Positions 47,966 to 57,046 of a stretch of 64,000 bases of DNA are shown in pieces. Origin of the DNA: Treponema sp. (GTDB lineage: Bacteria > Spirochaetota > Spirochaetia > Treponematales > Treponemataceae). Within the stretch, counting starts at the first letter, position 1; the number at the start of each line of letters is the position of its first letter. The notes below the pieces were generated by a model that saw only the letters and a program-made list of their open reading frames with translations, made no database searches and had not been told where the DNA came from. The stretch is from assembly GCA_024695625.1 (NCBI GenBank), contig JAILHV010000187.1:399-64398 (forward strand), read 5' to 3'. A program made the position numbers and the translations under genes.

Positions 47966-48802
47966 CTAGATTCTTGCTATGGACTTGTCTTTTTCCTGTG
48001 CCGAAAAATTCGTCCTAAGGTGCTTGAGTGCGCGTATTTCTATCTGGCGGACGGCCTCGGGGCTTATTCCGACGACCTTGGATATTTCGCGCAGTGTCTT
48101 TGCGTCCTTGTCACCGTTAAAGTTGTATCTCATGTAGATTACGTTCTTTTCTGCAGAGGAAAGAATGTCCACAAGGCTCCTTATGTTTGCCCTCTTTTCC
48201 TTTTCCAGATAATTTTCTTCCGGGTTGTAGGTAAAGTCTGCAAGGAAGTCTATAATCGATGTGCTTGAATCTTCTGAATTTGTTTCTGAATCAAGGGAAG
48301 AGACGCTGTATTCGTAGCTCATGTAGCGTTCGATTTTTTCTTCGGGAATGCTAAGGAATACTGCAATTTCTGCGCTTGAAGGTTCAGAGCCGTTCTGGCC
48401 TGAAAGATAGGCGGAGGCTTCCTTTATTTTGCGGATCATGTCTTCCTTGCGGTGGGGCAGGGGAATGAATGCCATTCTAGAAGAAGCGTAGCGGTTCATG
48501 TACTGCACAATCCAGGGGTAGGCGTAGGTGGAAAACCTTGTGTTAAAGCAGCTCTTGAATTTTCCTGCTGCGGTGATAAGACCCATGTTTCCTTCCTGAA
48601 TCAAGTCCATAATTGACATGTTTGCCGAATAAAAGCGGTATGCAATGCTTACGACCAAACGCAGGTTGCTGTTTATCAGACTGTTGAGGGCATTCTTGTC
48701 GCCACCCTGAATTCTGTCTGCAAGCTCCAGCTCTTCCTGGGCACTTAAAAGCGGGTACTTTTGGATTTGAGAAATATAATTTTTGTTGACCTCACTTTTC
48801 AT
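47966..48802 (-). CDS. Sigma-70 family factor lacking region 1.1 (RpoS-like, group 2/3)
   Basis: PLLSAQEE, LINSNLRLVVSIA, DLIQEGNMGL, RFSTYAYPWI and region 4 TLREIS...EAVRQIE; 278 aa. Confidence 0.88.
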   Translation of the reverse strand: MKSEVNKNYISQIQKYPLLSAQEELELADRIQGGDKNALNSLINSNLRLVVSIAYRFYSANMSIMDLIQEGNMGLITAAGKFKSCFNTRFSTYAYPWIVQYMNRYASSRMAFIPLPHRKEDMIRKIKEASAYLSGQNGSEPSSAEIAVFLSIPEEKIERYMSYEYSVSSLDSETNSEDSSTSIIDFLADFTYNPEENYLEKEKRANIRSLVDILSSAEKNVIYMRYNFNGDKDAKTLREISKVVGISPEAVRQIEIRALKHLRTNFSAQEKDKSIARI

Positions 48803-48859
48803 TTCTTACTCCTGTTTTTTCTTGCTTTACTTTGTAACTATAAACTTCATTTATTTTAT

Positions 48860-48876
48860 AGCAAATTCCGTGCCAA
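48860..48876 (-). promoter_or_regulatory. Sigma-54 (-24/-12) promoter of the RpoS-like sigma gene
   Basis: Minus strand reads TTGGCACGGAATTTGCT, an exact match to TGGCACG-N4-TTGC(A/T), about 58 nt before the ATG. Confidence 0.85.
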
Positions 48877-49422
48877 CTTTTTGACTTTGCAGGATTTCTT
48901 TGCATAGAATCATTTGTTCTTGCCAGAGAAGAAATTACGCTTGCACTTGTTTTCCCGAATGAATTTTTTACAGAATGATTTTACAGGACAAAGCCTTTGA
49001 ACTTTTTATTTTTTCGGCAGGGCAAAATAGAGCTTGTCTAATTCCTTTTATTTTCAAGAGTTAAAAATTGTCTGAATTTTTAAAATTCAATTTTGGGAAC
49101 AGAACCTTTTTTGGGAAATTTAGGGTAGGTTTCCTTTGTTTTAAGATAAATTTCCAATTTCCCCAAAAGGTGTAATTTTTTTTGGAGTTTTTTTTCGGTT
49201 TTGAACTTTTTTGAACAAATTTTGACACCTTTTTTACCCTTTTGTCTACAATAGTAGACGTATTTCCGTTTTTATCCCTTGTATATTTTTGTAGACAGTG
49301 TGAACTTACTCTTCTGGCAAACAGTGTAATTATAATATAGGAAATCACCCTTCGGGTACACCGCACGCCTTGCTACGGTGTATGGGCGTAACGAGAGGAA
49401 AAAAGCTATAGAAAAAAGAATT

Positions 49423-49552
49423 GGAAGCACTGGAATGGAGGCAGGAAACGCGGCAAAAAAGCATTTGCGCGGAGCGAGCGAAGCGAGTCAGATACCTTGT
49501 ATCCGCGCTCGGCTTTTTTGACGAGTTTCCTGCCGGGAATGGAAGTGCTTCC
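49423..49552. repeat. Family-2 palindromic element (short copy)
   Basis: GGAAGCACTGGAATG...GAGTCAGATACCTTGTATCCGCGCT...GGGAATGGAAGTGCTTCC, shared with 31185-31361. Confidence 0.75.
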
Positions 49553-49627
49553 TGTTTGCTTTGTCATTACTTTTTTACTGCCAGTTAATTGGTTGCCATA
49601 AATTGCAATAAAGTTTACACTGTAGCA

Positions 49628-50530
49628 ATGAAAATGATGATATTGGGCAGCGGAACCAGCCACGGTGTGCCCGTAATAGCATGCGACTGCAAAGTGTGCA
49701 CTTCTGTAGACAGTAGGGACAAGCGCATGAGGGCAAGCGCCCTTGTTCAAAGCGCAGACGCTTCCATTGTAATAGATACAGGCCCGGAATTCCGCATGCA
49801 GGCACTTAGGTTCAAGATAAAAAGCCTGGATTCTGTTCTGGTTACCCACAGCCATGCAGACCACCTTAACGGCCTTGACGACGTGCGCATCTTTAGCCAC
49901 ACAAAGTCAGTTGACCCTTCAAACCCGGATGCAAAAGAAACGGAGGGCAAGGGGCTTCCTGTCTATGCAAACGCATGGACAATCCGCGACACAAAAAACC
50001 GCTTTGACTACATTTTTATGCCAGTAAAAGAAGGCGGCGGAAAACCCAAGATACTTTTGGAAGACACCGCATCCTTTAGCGCAGAAAACCCAATCCGCAC
50101 AAAATCCATCTGCGCAATTCCAGTTCCCATTATGCATGGCCACCTTGAATGCAACGGCTACCTGCTCTACGAAGATGCCCCCCTGCAAAAAAGAAAAAGC
50201 ATAGCCTACCTTACGGACTGCTCCTATATACCAGAAGAAACCTTCGGAATCATAGCAAAAAACGCAGGAACTTTGGAACACCTTGTAATAGACGGACTTC
50301 GCGAAAAGCCTCATTCAACCCACTTTTCCTTTGAACAGGCACTGGAGGCGGCAAACATCCTTGCACCCCGGCACACCTGGCTTACCCATATAACGCACAA
50401 CAAAAGCCACACGGAAATTCAGCAATACATTTGCTCCGTACTAAAAAAATTCCCTGCCCTGGCTGCCATTGTAAAATCCGGCGGAAGCGTTGAACCTGCC
50501 TACGACGGCCTAGAACTCTCCTGTCCCTGA
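49628..50530 (+). CDS. MBL-fold metallo-hydrolase (PhnP/YycJ-like)
   Basis: LGSGTSHGVPVIACDCKVC, IDTGPEFR, THSHADHLNGLDD, AYLTD and PAYDGL motifs. Confidence 0.88.
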   Translation: MKMMILGSGTSHGVPVIACDCKVCTSVDSRDKRMRASALVQSADASIVIDTGPEFRMQALRFKIKSLDSVLVTHSHADHLNGLDDVRIFSHTKSVDPSNPDAKETEGKGLPVYANAWTIRDTKNRFDYIFMPVKEGGGKPKILLEDTASFSAENPIRTKSICAIPVPIMHGHLECNGYLLYEDAPLQKRKSIAYLTDCSYIPEETFGIIAKNAGTLEHLVIDGLREKPHSTHFSFEQALEAANILAPRHTWLTHITHNKSHTEIQQYICSVLKKFPALAAIVKSGGSVEPAYDGLELSCP

Positions 50531-50599
50531 ATTTGGACGGCAGGCCTATTTCTACTGTGCCCGGCACTCCGTGTCCGGTCAGACTCCGCGGCATTTTAT

Positions 50600-50673
50600 C
50601 CCGCTTTCCGGGATTCCGGCTTTCGCCTCCATTACTTCGTAACGGCTTCGCCGTCCCTCCAATCGGGCGTAGG
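50600..50673 (+). repeat. Family-1 structured palindromic element
   Basis: CCCGCTTTCC-GGGAT...GTCCC-TCCAATCGGGCGTAGG. Confidence 0.7.
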
Positions 50674-50761
50674 CGTGTTGGGATAAAGTAGAAAAAGTGT
50701 CAATGGCTTGAAAAATCTGGCAAATGCGTTACACTTAAGTATAAATAACTTTTAACCATTT

Positions 50762-51415
50762 ATGGAGGTTTGCAATATGAAATTTACCCCTCCCATTTGT
50801 CCAAGTATATTTAAGTTGTTTGCCGTAACGGTAATCCTCTTTGCCTTTGCGTCATGTTCCCACACGGAGGAAGAAGGTTCTGTTTCCTTTAGCATTCCCC
50901 ACTCGGTTTGCAAGCAAATTGCTGCGCGTGCGCCTGTCTCTACAGAAAGCACAGCAATGAAGGTTTTTGTAACAGGTGACTGGCAGACAACAAAGATGGT
51001 GCCGATTACCGGTGACAGCAGCGTTACGATTGAATTTGACGGCATTCCCAGTGGCTCAAGGTTGCATGTCATTTGCCTGATTGAAGGAGTTCCAGATGAA
51101 TATTATGGTACTGTTGGCTCATGCAAAATTGGAGCAAGCAACGAGATAGTTATTTCTGGCAAGTACGAAAATTCTGTGCAGCTTAGTCTTGAAGATTTGG
51201 ATTTTAGCGTTGATAATTCTTCTTACACGCTTTCGTTAAGCCGGGGCTTGCCAGGATGCACATACAGGTGGGAATTTTCAGATATTGTTGCAACGACTTC
51301 CGTGCAGTCCTACACTTATTCAGGTTCCACTACCGATCCCTTTATGGGATATTCCTATTGCACAATCTACTGTGACGGAACCGAAATCACAACGCTTAGT
51401 AGAGAGCAACACTAA
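50762..51415 (+). CDS. Hypothetical lipoprotein (Ig-like)
   Basis: Lipobox FASC and beta-rich sequence; the start may be 50777. Confidence 0.6.
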   Translation: MEVCNMKFTPPICPSIFKLFAVTVILFAFASCSHTEEEGSVSFSIPHSVCKQIAARAPVSTESTAMKVFVTGDWQTTKMVPITGDSSVTIEFDGIPSGSRLHVICLIEGVPDEYYGTVGSCKIGASNEIVISGKYENSVQLSLEDLDFSVDNSSYTLSLSRGLPGCTYRWEFSDIVATTSVQSYTYSGSTTDPFMGYSYCTIYCDGTEITTLSREQH

Positions 51416-51489
51416 CCTACGCGGGATTGGAGGGGCGACGGGGTGCTTTCAACCCTAGTTGCATTTGCATAAAGTGTCCAACAATAAAT

Positions 51490-51568
51490 CCTACCCCCGA
51501 TTGGAAGGGTGGCGTAGCCAGACCGCCGCATGGCGGGCCGGAGCGAGAGCGTAGCCCTGCAAAGCGGG
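51490..51568 (-). repeat. Family-1 structured palindromic element
   Basis: Minus strand reads CCCGCTTTGC-AGGGC...GGCTACGCC-ACCCT-TCCAATCGGGGGTAGG. A partial copy also lies at 51423-51445. Confidence 0.65.
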
Positions 51569-51611
51569 TTAGCAAAAAAAATGCGGTCCAAAAAAAGAAA
51601 AAAATAAATAT

Positions 51612-53240
51612 CTAAAGAAGCGGCGAGAATAGCTTGCAGAAAGACCCCCAGGCACGCTTTAAGATAAAGCGCTTGTCAAAGTCTTCTTTTGTTACGCGGC
51701 GGCACAGCTCCATGTCTTCTGCAAAAATGCGCTCGCATTCAGCGGTAAAATTCTTGTCGTAGAAAATTGCGTTTTCTTCAAAGAGCAGGCGGAAACTCCT
51801 TACGTCTATGTTGGTTGTTCCAATGGAAGAAATTTTTCCGTCCACCGTCATCATCTTTGAATGGATGAATCCCGGGTACAGGTAAAACTCCACGCCCTCC
51901 GCGCACATCTCCCTTGCAAATTCGTAGCTAGCGGCTTTCATAAAAAATTTATCCCATTGGCTTGGAATCATTATGCGCACTTTTATGCCAGTGTATGCGG
52001 CAAGTTTTAATACCGTGTAAAATCCTTCGTCGGGGGTAAAGTAGGGCGTTTGTATAAAGATGTTTTTTCTTGCGCTCATTATCATGCGGATGAATGTGTC
52101 TTCTATGTTCGCCTTGTGCTTTTCGTTGGGGCCTGCGGTTACTATTTGGGTTGGGATTGCTTTTCCACCTGCAAGGCTTTCCAAAAAGCTCTTCCTGAAT
52201 TTTAGGCTGTGCTCTTTTTTTTCTTTTGCGGACACCTCTTGCCCGCTTCCACTTCCACTGACATCGCTGACATCGCTGACATCGCCACCGCTACTGCTTC
52301 CACTGTCACCAGCATCCGGCCTTGCAAAGAATTCCGTAAATGAAGAAGGAAAATATTTCTTAGCTTCCTCAATCCCCTTTGTGTGCCTGTTCCAAGCATC
52401 AATCGAATACCAGTCGCTCAAAAAATTAATCTGAAGTGTAAGCACGCTGCTTCCCGTAAGCCGCACAACCGTGTCGCGCCACATGGGCTTAAAGCGCTTG
52501 TTCTTGTTTTCGTATTCATCGCCAATATTTATTCCGCCAATAAAAGCCCTGTCGCTGTCTATCACGGTAAGCTTTCTGTGGTTTCGGTAGTTGAGCGTAA
52601 GCGGAAGCCCCAACCGAATCTGAAAAAATGGCCTTGCCTCTCCGCCCGCCTTGTTCAGCTGCCTAAAAAATCTGGTCGGCGTTGCTATGCTCCCAAGATC
52701 ATCGTAGATAAGCTTTACGTCCACCCCTTCACGTGCCTTCCTGCAAAGAATTTCCATTATGCGCTTTCCAATGTTGTCCTTGTGGAAAATAAAGTATTCC
52801 ATAAAAATAGAAACTTTTGCGCTTTCAAGTTCCTGGCAAAGGTCATTAAAAAAATCCTCGCCGCGTGTGTAAAGAATCGCCGTGTCCGTAGAAACAAGCA
52901 GGCTCTTCCCTTCCATTAGGTTCATCGTTATTAGCGGAAGAAATTCCTTTATAACAGGATTCGGTATGTTGCTTGGGCTTTGGGTAAGCGTTGCCTTTTG
53001 TTCCCGCCGCACTTCCTTTGTAAGCTGCTGGGCTGTCTGCTTAACCTCGTGCATGCGCTTGGTACCTGTAAAAAAATTGCCGCTAAAAAGAATGTAAAGA
53101 ACCATGCCGCCAATCGGAAAAATCAGGAGCAGCAGAATCCAGATAAAACGCCTTGTGGATTCCTTGCGTTCAAAAAAGAGAACGAATATTACAAAAAGGA
53201 TGTTGACTGCCTGTGCGGAATAAAAAATGATTCTTGCCAT
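51612..53240 (-). CDS. cls: Cardiolipin synthase
   Basis: Two N-terminal TMs and two HKD motifs (NHRKLTVID; IHSKMMTVD). Start set at MARIIF. Confidence 0.9.
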   Translation of the reverse strand: MARIIFYSAQAVNILFVIFVLFFERKESTRRFIWILLLLIFPIGGMVLYILFSGNFFTGTKRMHEVKQTAQQLTKEVRREQKATLTQSPSNIPNPVIKEFLPLITMNLMEGKSLLVSTDTAILYTRGEDFFNDLCQELESAKVSIFMEYFIFHKDNIGKRIMEILCRKAREGVDVKLIYDDLGSIATPTRFFRQLNKAGGEARPFFQIRLGLPLTLNYRNHRKLTVIDSDRAFIGGINIGDEYENKNKRFKPMWRDTVVRLTGSSVLTLQINFLSDWYSIDAWNRHTKGIEEAKKYFPSSFTEFFARPDAGDSGSSSGGDVSDVSDVSGSGSGQEVSAKEKKEHSLKFRKSFLESLAGGKAIPTQIVTAGPNEKHKANIEDTFIRMIMSARKNIFIQTPYFTPDEGFYTVLKLAAYTGIKVRIMIPSQWDKFFMKAASYEFAREMCAEGVEFYLYPGFIHSKMMTVDGKISSIGTTNIDVRSFRLLFEENAIFYDKNFTAECERIFAEDMELCRRVTKEDFDKRFILKRAWGSFCKLFSPLL

Positions 53241-53368
53241 ATTTTTACAAATACCATTCTTATTATACCCTATGTTCGCCCGCACTTCTAGAGTGTTTCT
53301 TATTTTTTTTTGGACGGCAGCTTCTTGTAAATCATTCACACATCCGCAAACTTGCATTCATCGTGGAA

Positions 53369-53453
53369 CGGCTTTGCAGGGTTCCGTGGGTCCCTGCCCA
53401 CTCCATTGCTCCACTTCGTTCCGCAACCCGCATCCGCGGGCCCTTCCAATCCG
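53369..53453 (+). repeat. Family-1 structured palindromic element
   Basis: CGGCTTTGC-AGGGT...CTCCATTGC...GCAAC...GCCCT-TCCAATCCG. Confidence 0.65.
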
Positions 53454-53498
53454 GCCTCATGCCTCGGGTAATGAAAGGTGGTAACCTTGATTTGTCTT

Positions 53499-53822
53499 CT
53501 AGTATTTTTCCCTCAGGCTTTTAACAACTAATCGCACTGTTTCAAAGTCATTTTTTGAAAACATCTTCAAGTCTTTTATCAGTTTTTGCAAATCGCTATT
53601 TTCGGAATTAATTTCTTCGTCAAGTTTTCCTGTTGCAAGATAATCGATTGAAACATTAAGAATTTTTGCAATCTTCTGAGCATTCTCCAATGTTGGCGAA
53701 ACGGTACTTCCAGGACGGTATTTGTTCAGCGTGTTTACGCTTATGCCAGTTTTTTGGGAAAGTTCCTTAACTTGCATTCCCTGATACTCTAGTTCATCTC
53801 TTAATGTCTCTGCAAATCCCAT
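53499..53822 (-). CDS. XRE-family HTH transcriptional regulator
   Basis: KELSQKTGISVNTLNKY...PTLENAQKIAKILNVSIDYLATG. Confidence 0.85.
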   Translation of the reverse strand: MGFAETLRDELEYQGMQVKELSQKTGISVNTLNKYRPGSTVSPTLENAQKIAKILNVSIDYLATGKLDEEINSENSDLQKLIKDLKMFSKNDFETVRLVVKSLREKY

Positions 53823-53945
53823 ATTTCCACTTTATGTAAAAAGAGGCTTTTTTAGTTGAATAAAAGCCATAAAGGATATATTATTGGATTATAACTGTAA
53901 TAAAAGGCTTTTATTTTGCGAATAAATGCCAGAAAGGGCAACAAA

Positions 53946-55709
53946 ATGACTTCAAATGATGCTTTAATTAAGAATGTAGGAATAAACATTCAAGAAAAAT
54001 CTGCAATGATGTGGGCTGTTGCCGATGTACTTCGAGGCCCGTTTAAACCGCATGAATACGGACTTGTAATCCTACCTTTTACCGTTATAAAACGCTTCCA
54101 TGACTGTCTGCTTCCAACTCATGATAAAGTATTAAAGACCTGGGCAGATGTAAAAAAAATGGCTGTTGTAGACGGCTTTTTAACACAGGCTTCCGGTTAT
54201 CAGTTCTACAATAAATCAAAGTTTACATTCGATTCCCTTTTAAAAGACCCAGAGAACATTGAAGCAAACTTCCGCGATTACATTCACGGCTTCTCTGACA
54301 ATGTTCAGGATATTCTTGCGCGCTTTGAATTTGACAATATAATAAAAAGACTTGTAGAAGCAAACTGCCTTTATCTTGTAATCAAAGAGTTTAACAGCGA
54401 AAAAGGCTATCTTGGAGCGGATAAAATCAGCGCCGTAGACTGCGGCTATATTTTTGAAGATTTGGTCCGCCGTTTCTCTGAAAGTTATGACGACCAGGCC
54501 GGAGCGCACTTTACAAGTCGAGACATTATTTATCTTATGACAGATGTACTTCTAAGCGATTCAGACCTTTCCACAACAAAAAGCTGCACTGTTTACGATA
54601 TGGCAATGGGAACAAGTCAGATGCTTTCTTGTATGCAGGAACGCATCGCAACGCTCAATAAAGATACAGAAGTCGTAACCTTCGGACAGGAAATCAATCC
54701 TTCAACATTTGGCATTGCAAAAGCAGACATGATGATTCGCGGCGGCGACCCAAACAATATGCGTTTCGGCGACACTTTAAGCGATGATAAATTTAAAGGC
54801 TTTACTTTCGACTACATAATCTCAAATCCTCCATTCGGCATTGATTGGAAAAAAGAAAAAGATGCCGTTGAAAAAGAACACTCTTTAGGAGAAGCCGGAC
54901 GATTTGCTCCTGGACTTCCAAAAATAAGTGACGGCCAGCAGCTCTTTGTGTTGAACGGTCTTGCAAAATTGAACACGCACGGAAAAATGGCAATCATTCA
55001 AAATGGTTCTCCTTTATTTTCTGGTGATGCAGAAAGCGGACCTAGTGAAATCCGCCGCTATATTCTTGAAAACGATTGGCTTGACTGCATCATTCAGTTG
55101 GGAACCGATATGTTTATGAACACAGGAATCAGCACCTACATCTGGATTCTGAACAAAGACAAAGAAGAAAACCGGGTAGGGAAGGTGCAGCTCATAAATG
55201 CTTCGAACTGTTACGAACAAAGACGAAAGTCAATCGGTACAAAACGAAACGACATTACAGACAAATGCCGCGAACTTATTGTAAAAGCCTACGGAGATTT
55301 TAAAAACAAACTTTACGGAAAAAAAGACGGAATCTATTGCGAAAGCAAAATCTTTGACACATCGGATTTTGGCTACAACAAAATTACAGTTGAACGCCCG
55401 CAAAAAGACAAAAAAGGCAATGTTCTAAAAGACAAAAAAGGAAAGCCCCTTGCAGACAAAAGCCTTGAAGATTCAGAAAACATCCCGATGAATGAAGACA
55501 TCGATTCTTACTTTAAGAGGGAAGTGCTGCCATTCGCTCCTGACGCATGGTACGAGCCGAAGAAAACAAAAGTTGGATATGAAATTCCAATGACACGATA
55601 TTTCTACGAATATAAAGCTCCTGAAAAAGTTGAAGATGTTTTTGCACGAGTAACAAAACTTGAAGAAGAAATAAGACTTTCTCTTAAAGCACTTTTGGGA
55701 GAAAAATAA
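53946..55709 (+). CDS. hsdM: Type I restriction-modification methyltransferase subunit M
   Basis: WAVADVLRG, GAHFTSRDII, DMAMGT (motif I), ISNPPFG (motif IV) and KVGYEIPMTRYFY. Confidence 0.93.
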   Translation: MTSNDALIKNVGINIQEKSAMMWAVADVLRGPFKPHEYGLVILPFTVIKRFHDCLLPTHDKVLKTWADVKKMAVVDGFLTQASGYQFYNKSKFTFDSLLKDPENIEANFRDYIHGFSDNVQDILARFEFDNIIKRLVEANCLYLVIKEFNSEKGYLGADKISAVDCGYIFEDLVRRFSESYDDQAGAHFTSRDIIYLMTDVLLSDSDLSTTKSCTVYDMAMGTSQMLSCMQERIATLNKDTEVVTFGQEINPSTFGIAKADMMIRGGDPNNMRFGDTLSDDKFKGFTFDYIISNPPFGIDWKKEKDAVEKEHSLGEAGRFAPGLPKISDGQQLFVLNGLAKLNTHGKMAIIQNGSPLFSGDAESGPSEIRRYILENDWLDCIIQLGTDMFMNTGISTYIWILNKDKEENRVGKVQLINASNCYEQRRKSIGTKRNDITDKCRELIVKAYGDFKNKLYGKKDGIYCESKIFDTSDFGYNKITVERPQKDKKGNVLKDKKGKPLADKSLEDSENIPMNEDIDSYFKREVLPFAPDAWYEPKKTKVGYEIPMTRYFYEYKAPEKVEDVFARVTKLEEEIRLSLKALLGEK

Positions 55710-57046
55710 TGACACGAGCAATGAAAGATAGCGGAATTGTTTGGCTTGGAAATATCCCTGAAAATTGGGAACTAAGAAAATGGCGATACATTCTAACTGA
55801 AAGAAATGAAAAAAATGATACTTTAGAAACAAAAGAAGTTTTATCTCTAGGCTATAACTATGGTTTAATTCCAGCTTCTGAAAAAGAATACTCTGGTGGA
55901 AATAAAGCTCGAGAAGATTTAACAGGTTATAAAATTGTAAGACCAAACGATATTGTAATGAACAGCATGAATATTGTTTGCGGTTCTGTAGATATTTCTA
56001 AATATACAGGATGTGTAAGCCCTGTTTACTATGCCTTTTATACTACCGAAAATGAACCGAAATATTTTAACTATATATTTAAGACAGAACAATTTGAACG
56101 AAGCCTTTTAGGATTAGGAAATGGAATTCTTATAAAAGAAACCGAAGCTGGAAAATTAGTTTCTGTCCGTTTAAGAATACCTATTGATAAACTAAAACCA
56201 TTATTATTACCACTTCCAATACTCTCAGAGCAACAAAAAATTGCTGAATTTCTCAACAAAAAATGTTCTGAAATAGATTCCGTCCTTACAAAAACAAAAG
56301 AAAGCATCGAAGAATATAAGCTGCTCAAAAATGCAATCATCACCCAGGCCGTAACAAAAGGCATCCGTCCTAACCGCAAAATGAAAGACAGTGGTATCGA
56401 ATGGATTGGTGAAATTCCAGAAGAATGGAATATTGAACCTTTAACAAATAGATTTTCTTTTGGAAAAGGATTACCAATTACAAAAGAGAATTTAGTAGAA
56501 AAAGGTATTCCTGTTATTAGCTATGGTCAAATTCATGGAAAATATAATCCAGGTACATCTTTAGTTGAACAATTATTTAGATATGTCTCTGAAGAATACC
56601 TCAATAGTAATCCACAATGTCTTGTTCATAAAAATGATTTGATAGTTGCCGACACATCAGAAGATTTAGACGGTTGCGGCAATGCTGCATATATTGATAA
56701 AGAAATGAAATTATTTGCAGGCTATCATACCGTTATATTATTTGCAAAAAACAAAGAATCAAATAAGTATTTTAGTTACTTACTAAAAACAGATGCTTGG
56801 CGTTCTCAAATCAGAGCAGGGCTTATTGAGGTAAAACTTTATAGTGTTTCTAGAAAAGTTCTAAAAAAAACAAATTTACTTATTCCATCACAGAAAGAAC
56901 AAACAGAAATTGTTGAATATCTCGATAAAAAATGTTCTCAAATCGACACTCTAATTGCTAAAAAAGAGCAGCTTATCACAGAACTCGAAACCTATAATAA
57001 GTCTCACATTTATGAATATGTAACCGGAAAGAAAGAGGTGCAGTAA
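55709..57046 (+). CDS. hsdS: Type I R-M specificity subunit S
   Basis: Two conserved repeats MKDSGI(V/E)W(L/I)G(N/E)IPE.W and EQ..I..(F/Y)L.KKCS.ID flanking two AT-rich TRDs. Confidence 0.93.
   Translation: MTRAMKDSGIVWLGNIPENWELRKWRYILTERNEKNDTLETKEVLSLGYNYGLIPASEKEYSGGNKAREDLTGYKIVRPNDIVMNSMNIVCGSVDISKYTGCVSPVYYAFYTTENEPKYFNYIFKTEQFERSLLGLGNGILIKETEAGKLVSVRLRIPIDKLKPLLLPLPILSEQQKIAEFLNKKCSEIDSVLTKTKESIEEYKLLKNAIITQAVTKGIRPNRKMKDSGIEWIGEIPEEWNIEPLTNRFSFGKGLPITKENLVEKGIPVISYGQIHGKYNPGTSLVEQLFRYVSEEYLNSNPQCLVHKNDLIVADTSEDLDGCGNAAYIDKEMKLFAGYHTVILFAKNKESNKYFSYLLKTDAWRSQIRAGLIEVKLYSVSRKVLKKTNLLIPSQKEQTEIVEYLDKKCSQIDTLIAKKEQLITELETYNKSHIYEYVTGKKEVQ

Noticed and set aside
47955-47990. GCCGATA (sigma28 -10-like) on the minus strand
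   Set aside because: No TAAA at the right spacing, and it points into a convergent gene end.
55709-57046. Phase-variable (shufflon) hsdS
   Set aside because: Only one hsdS, with no recombinase and no inverted silent TRD copies in the window.
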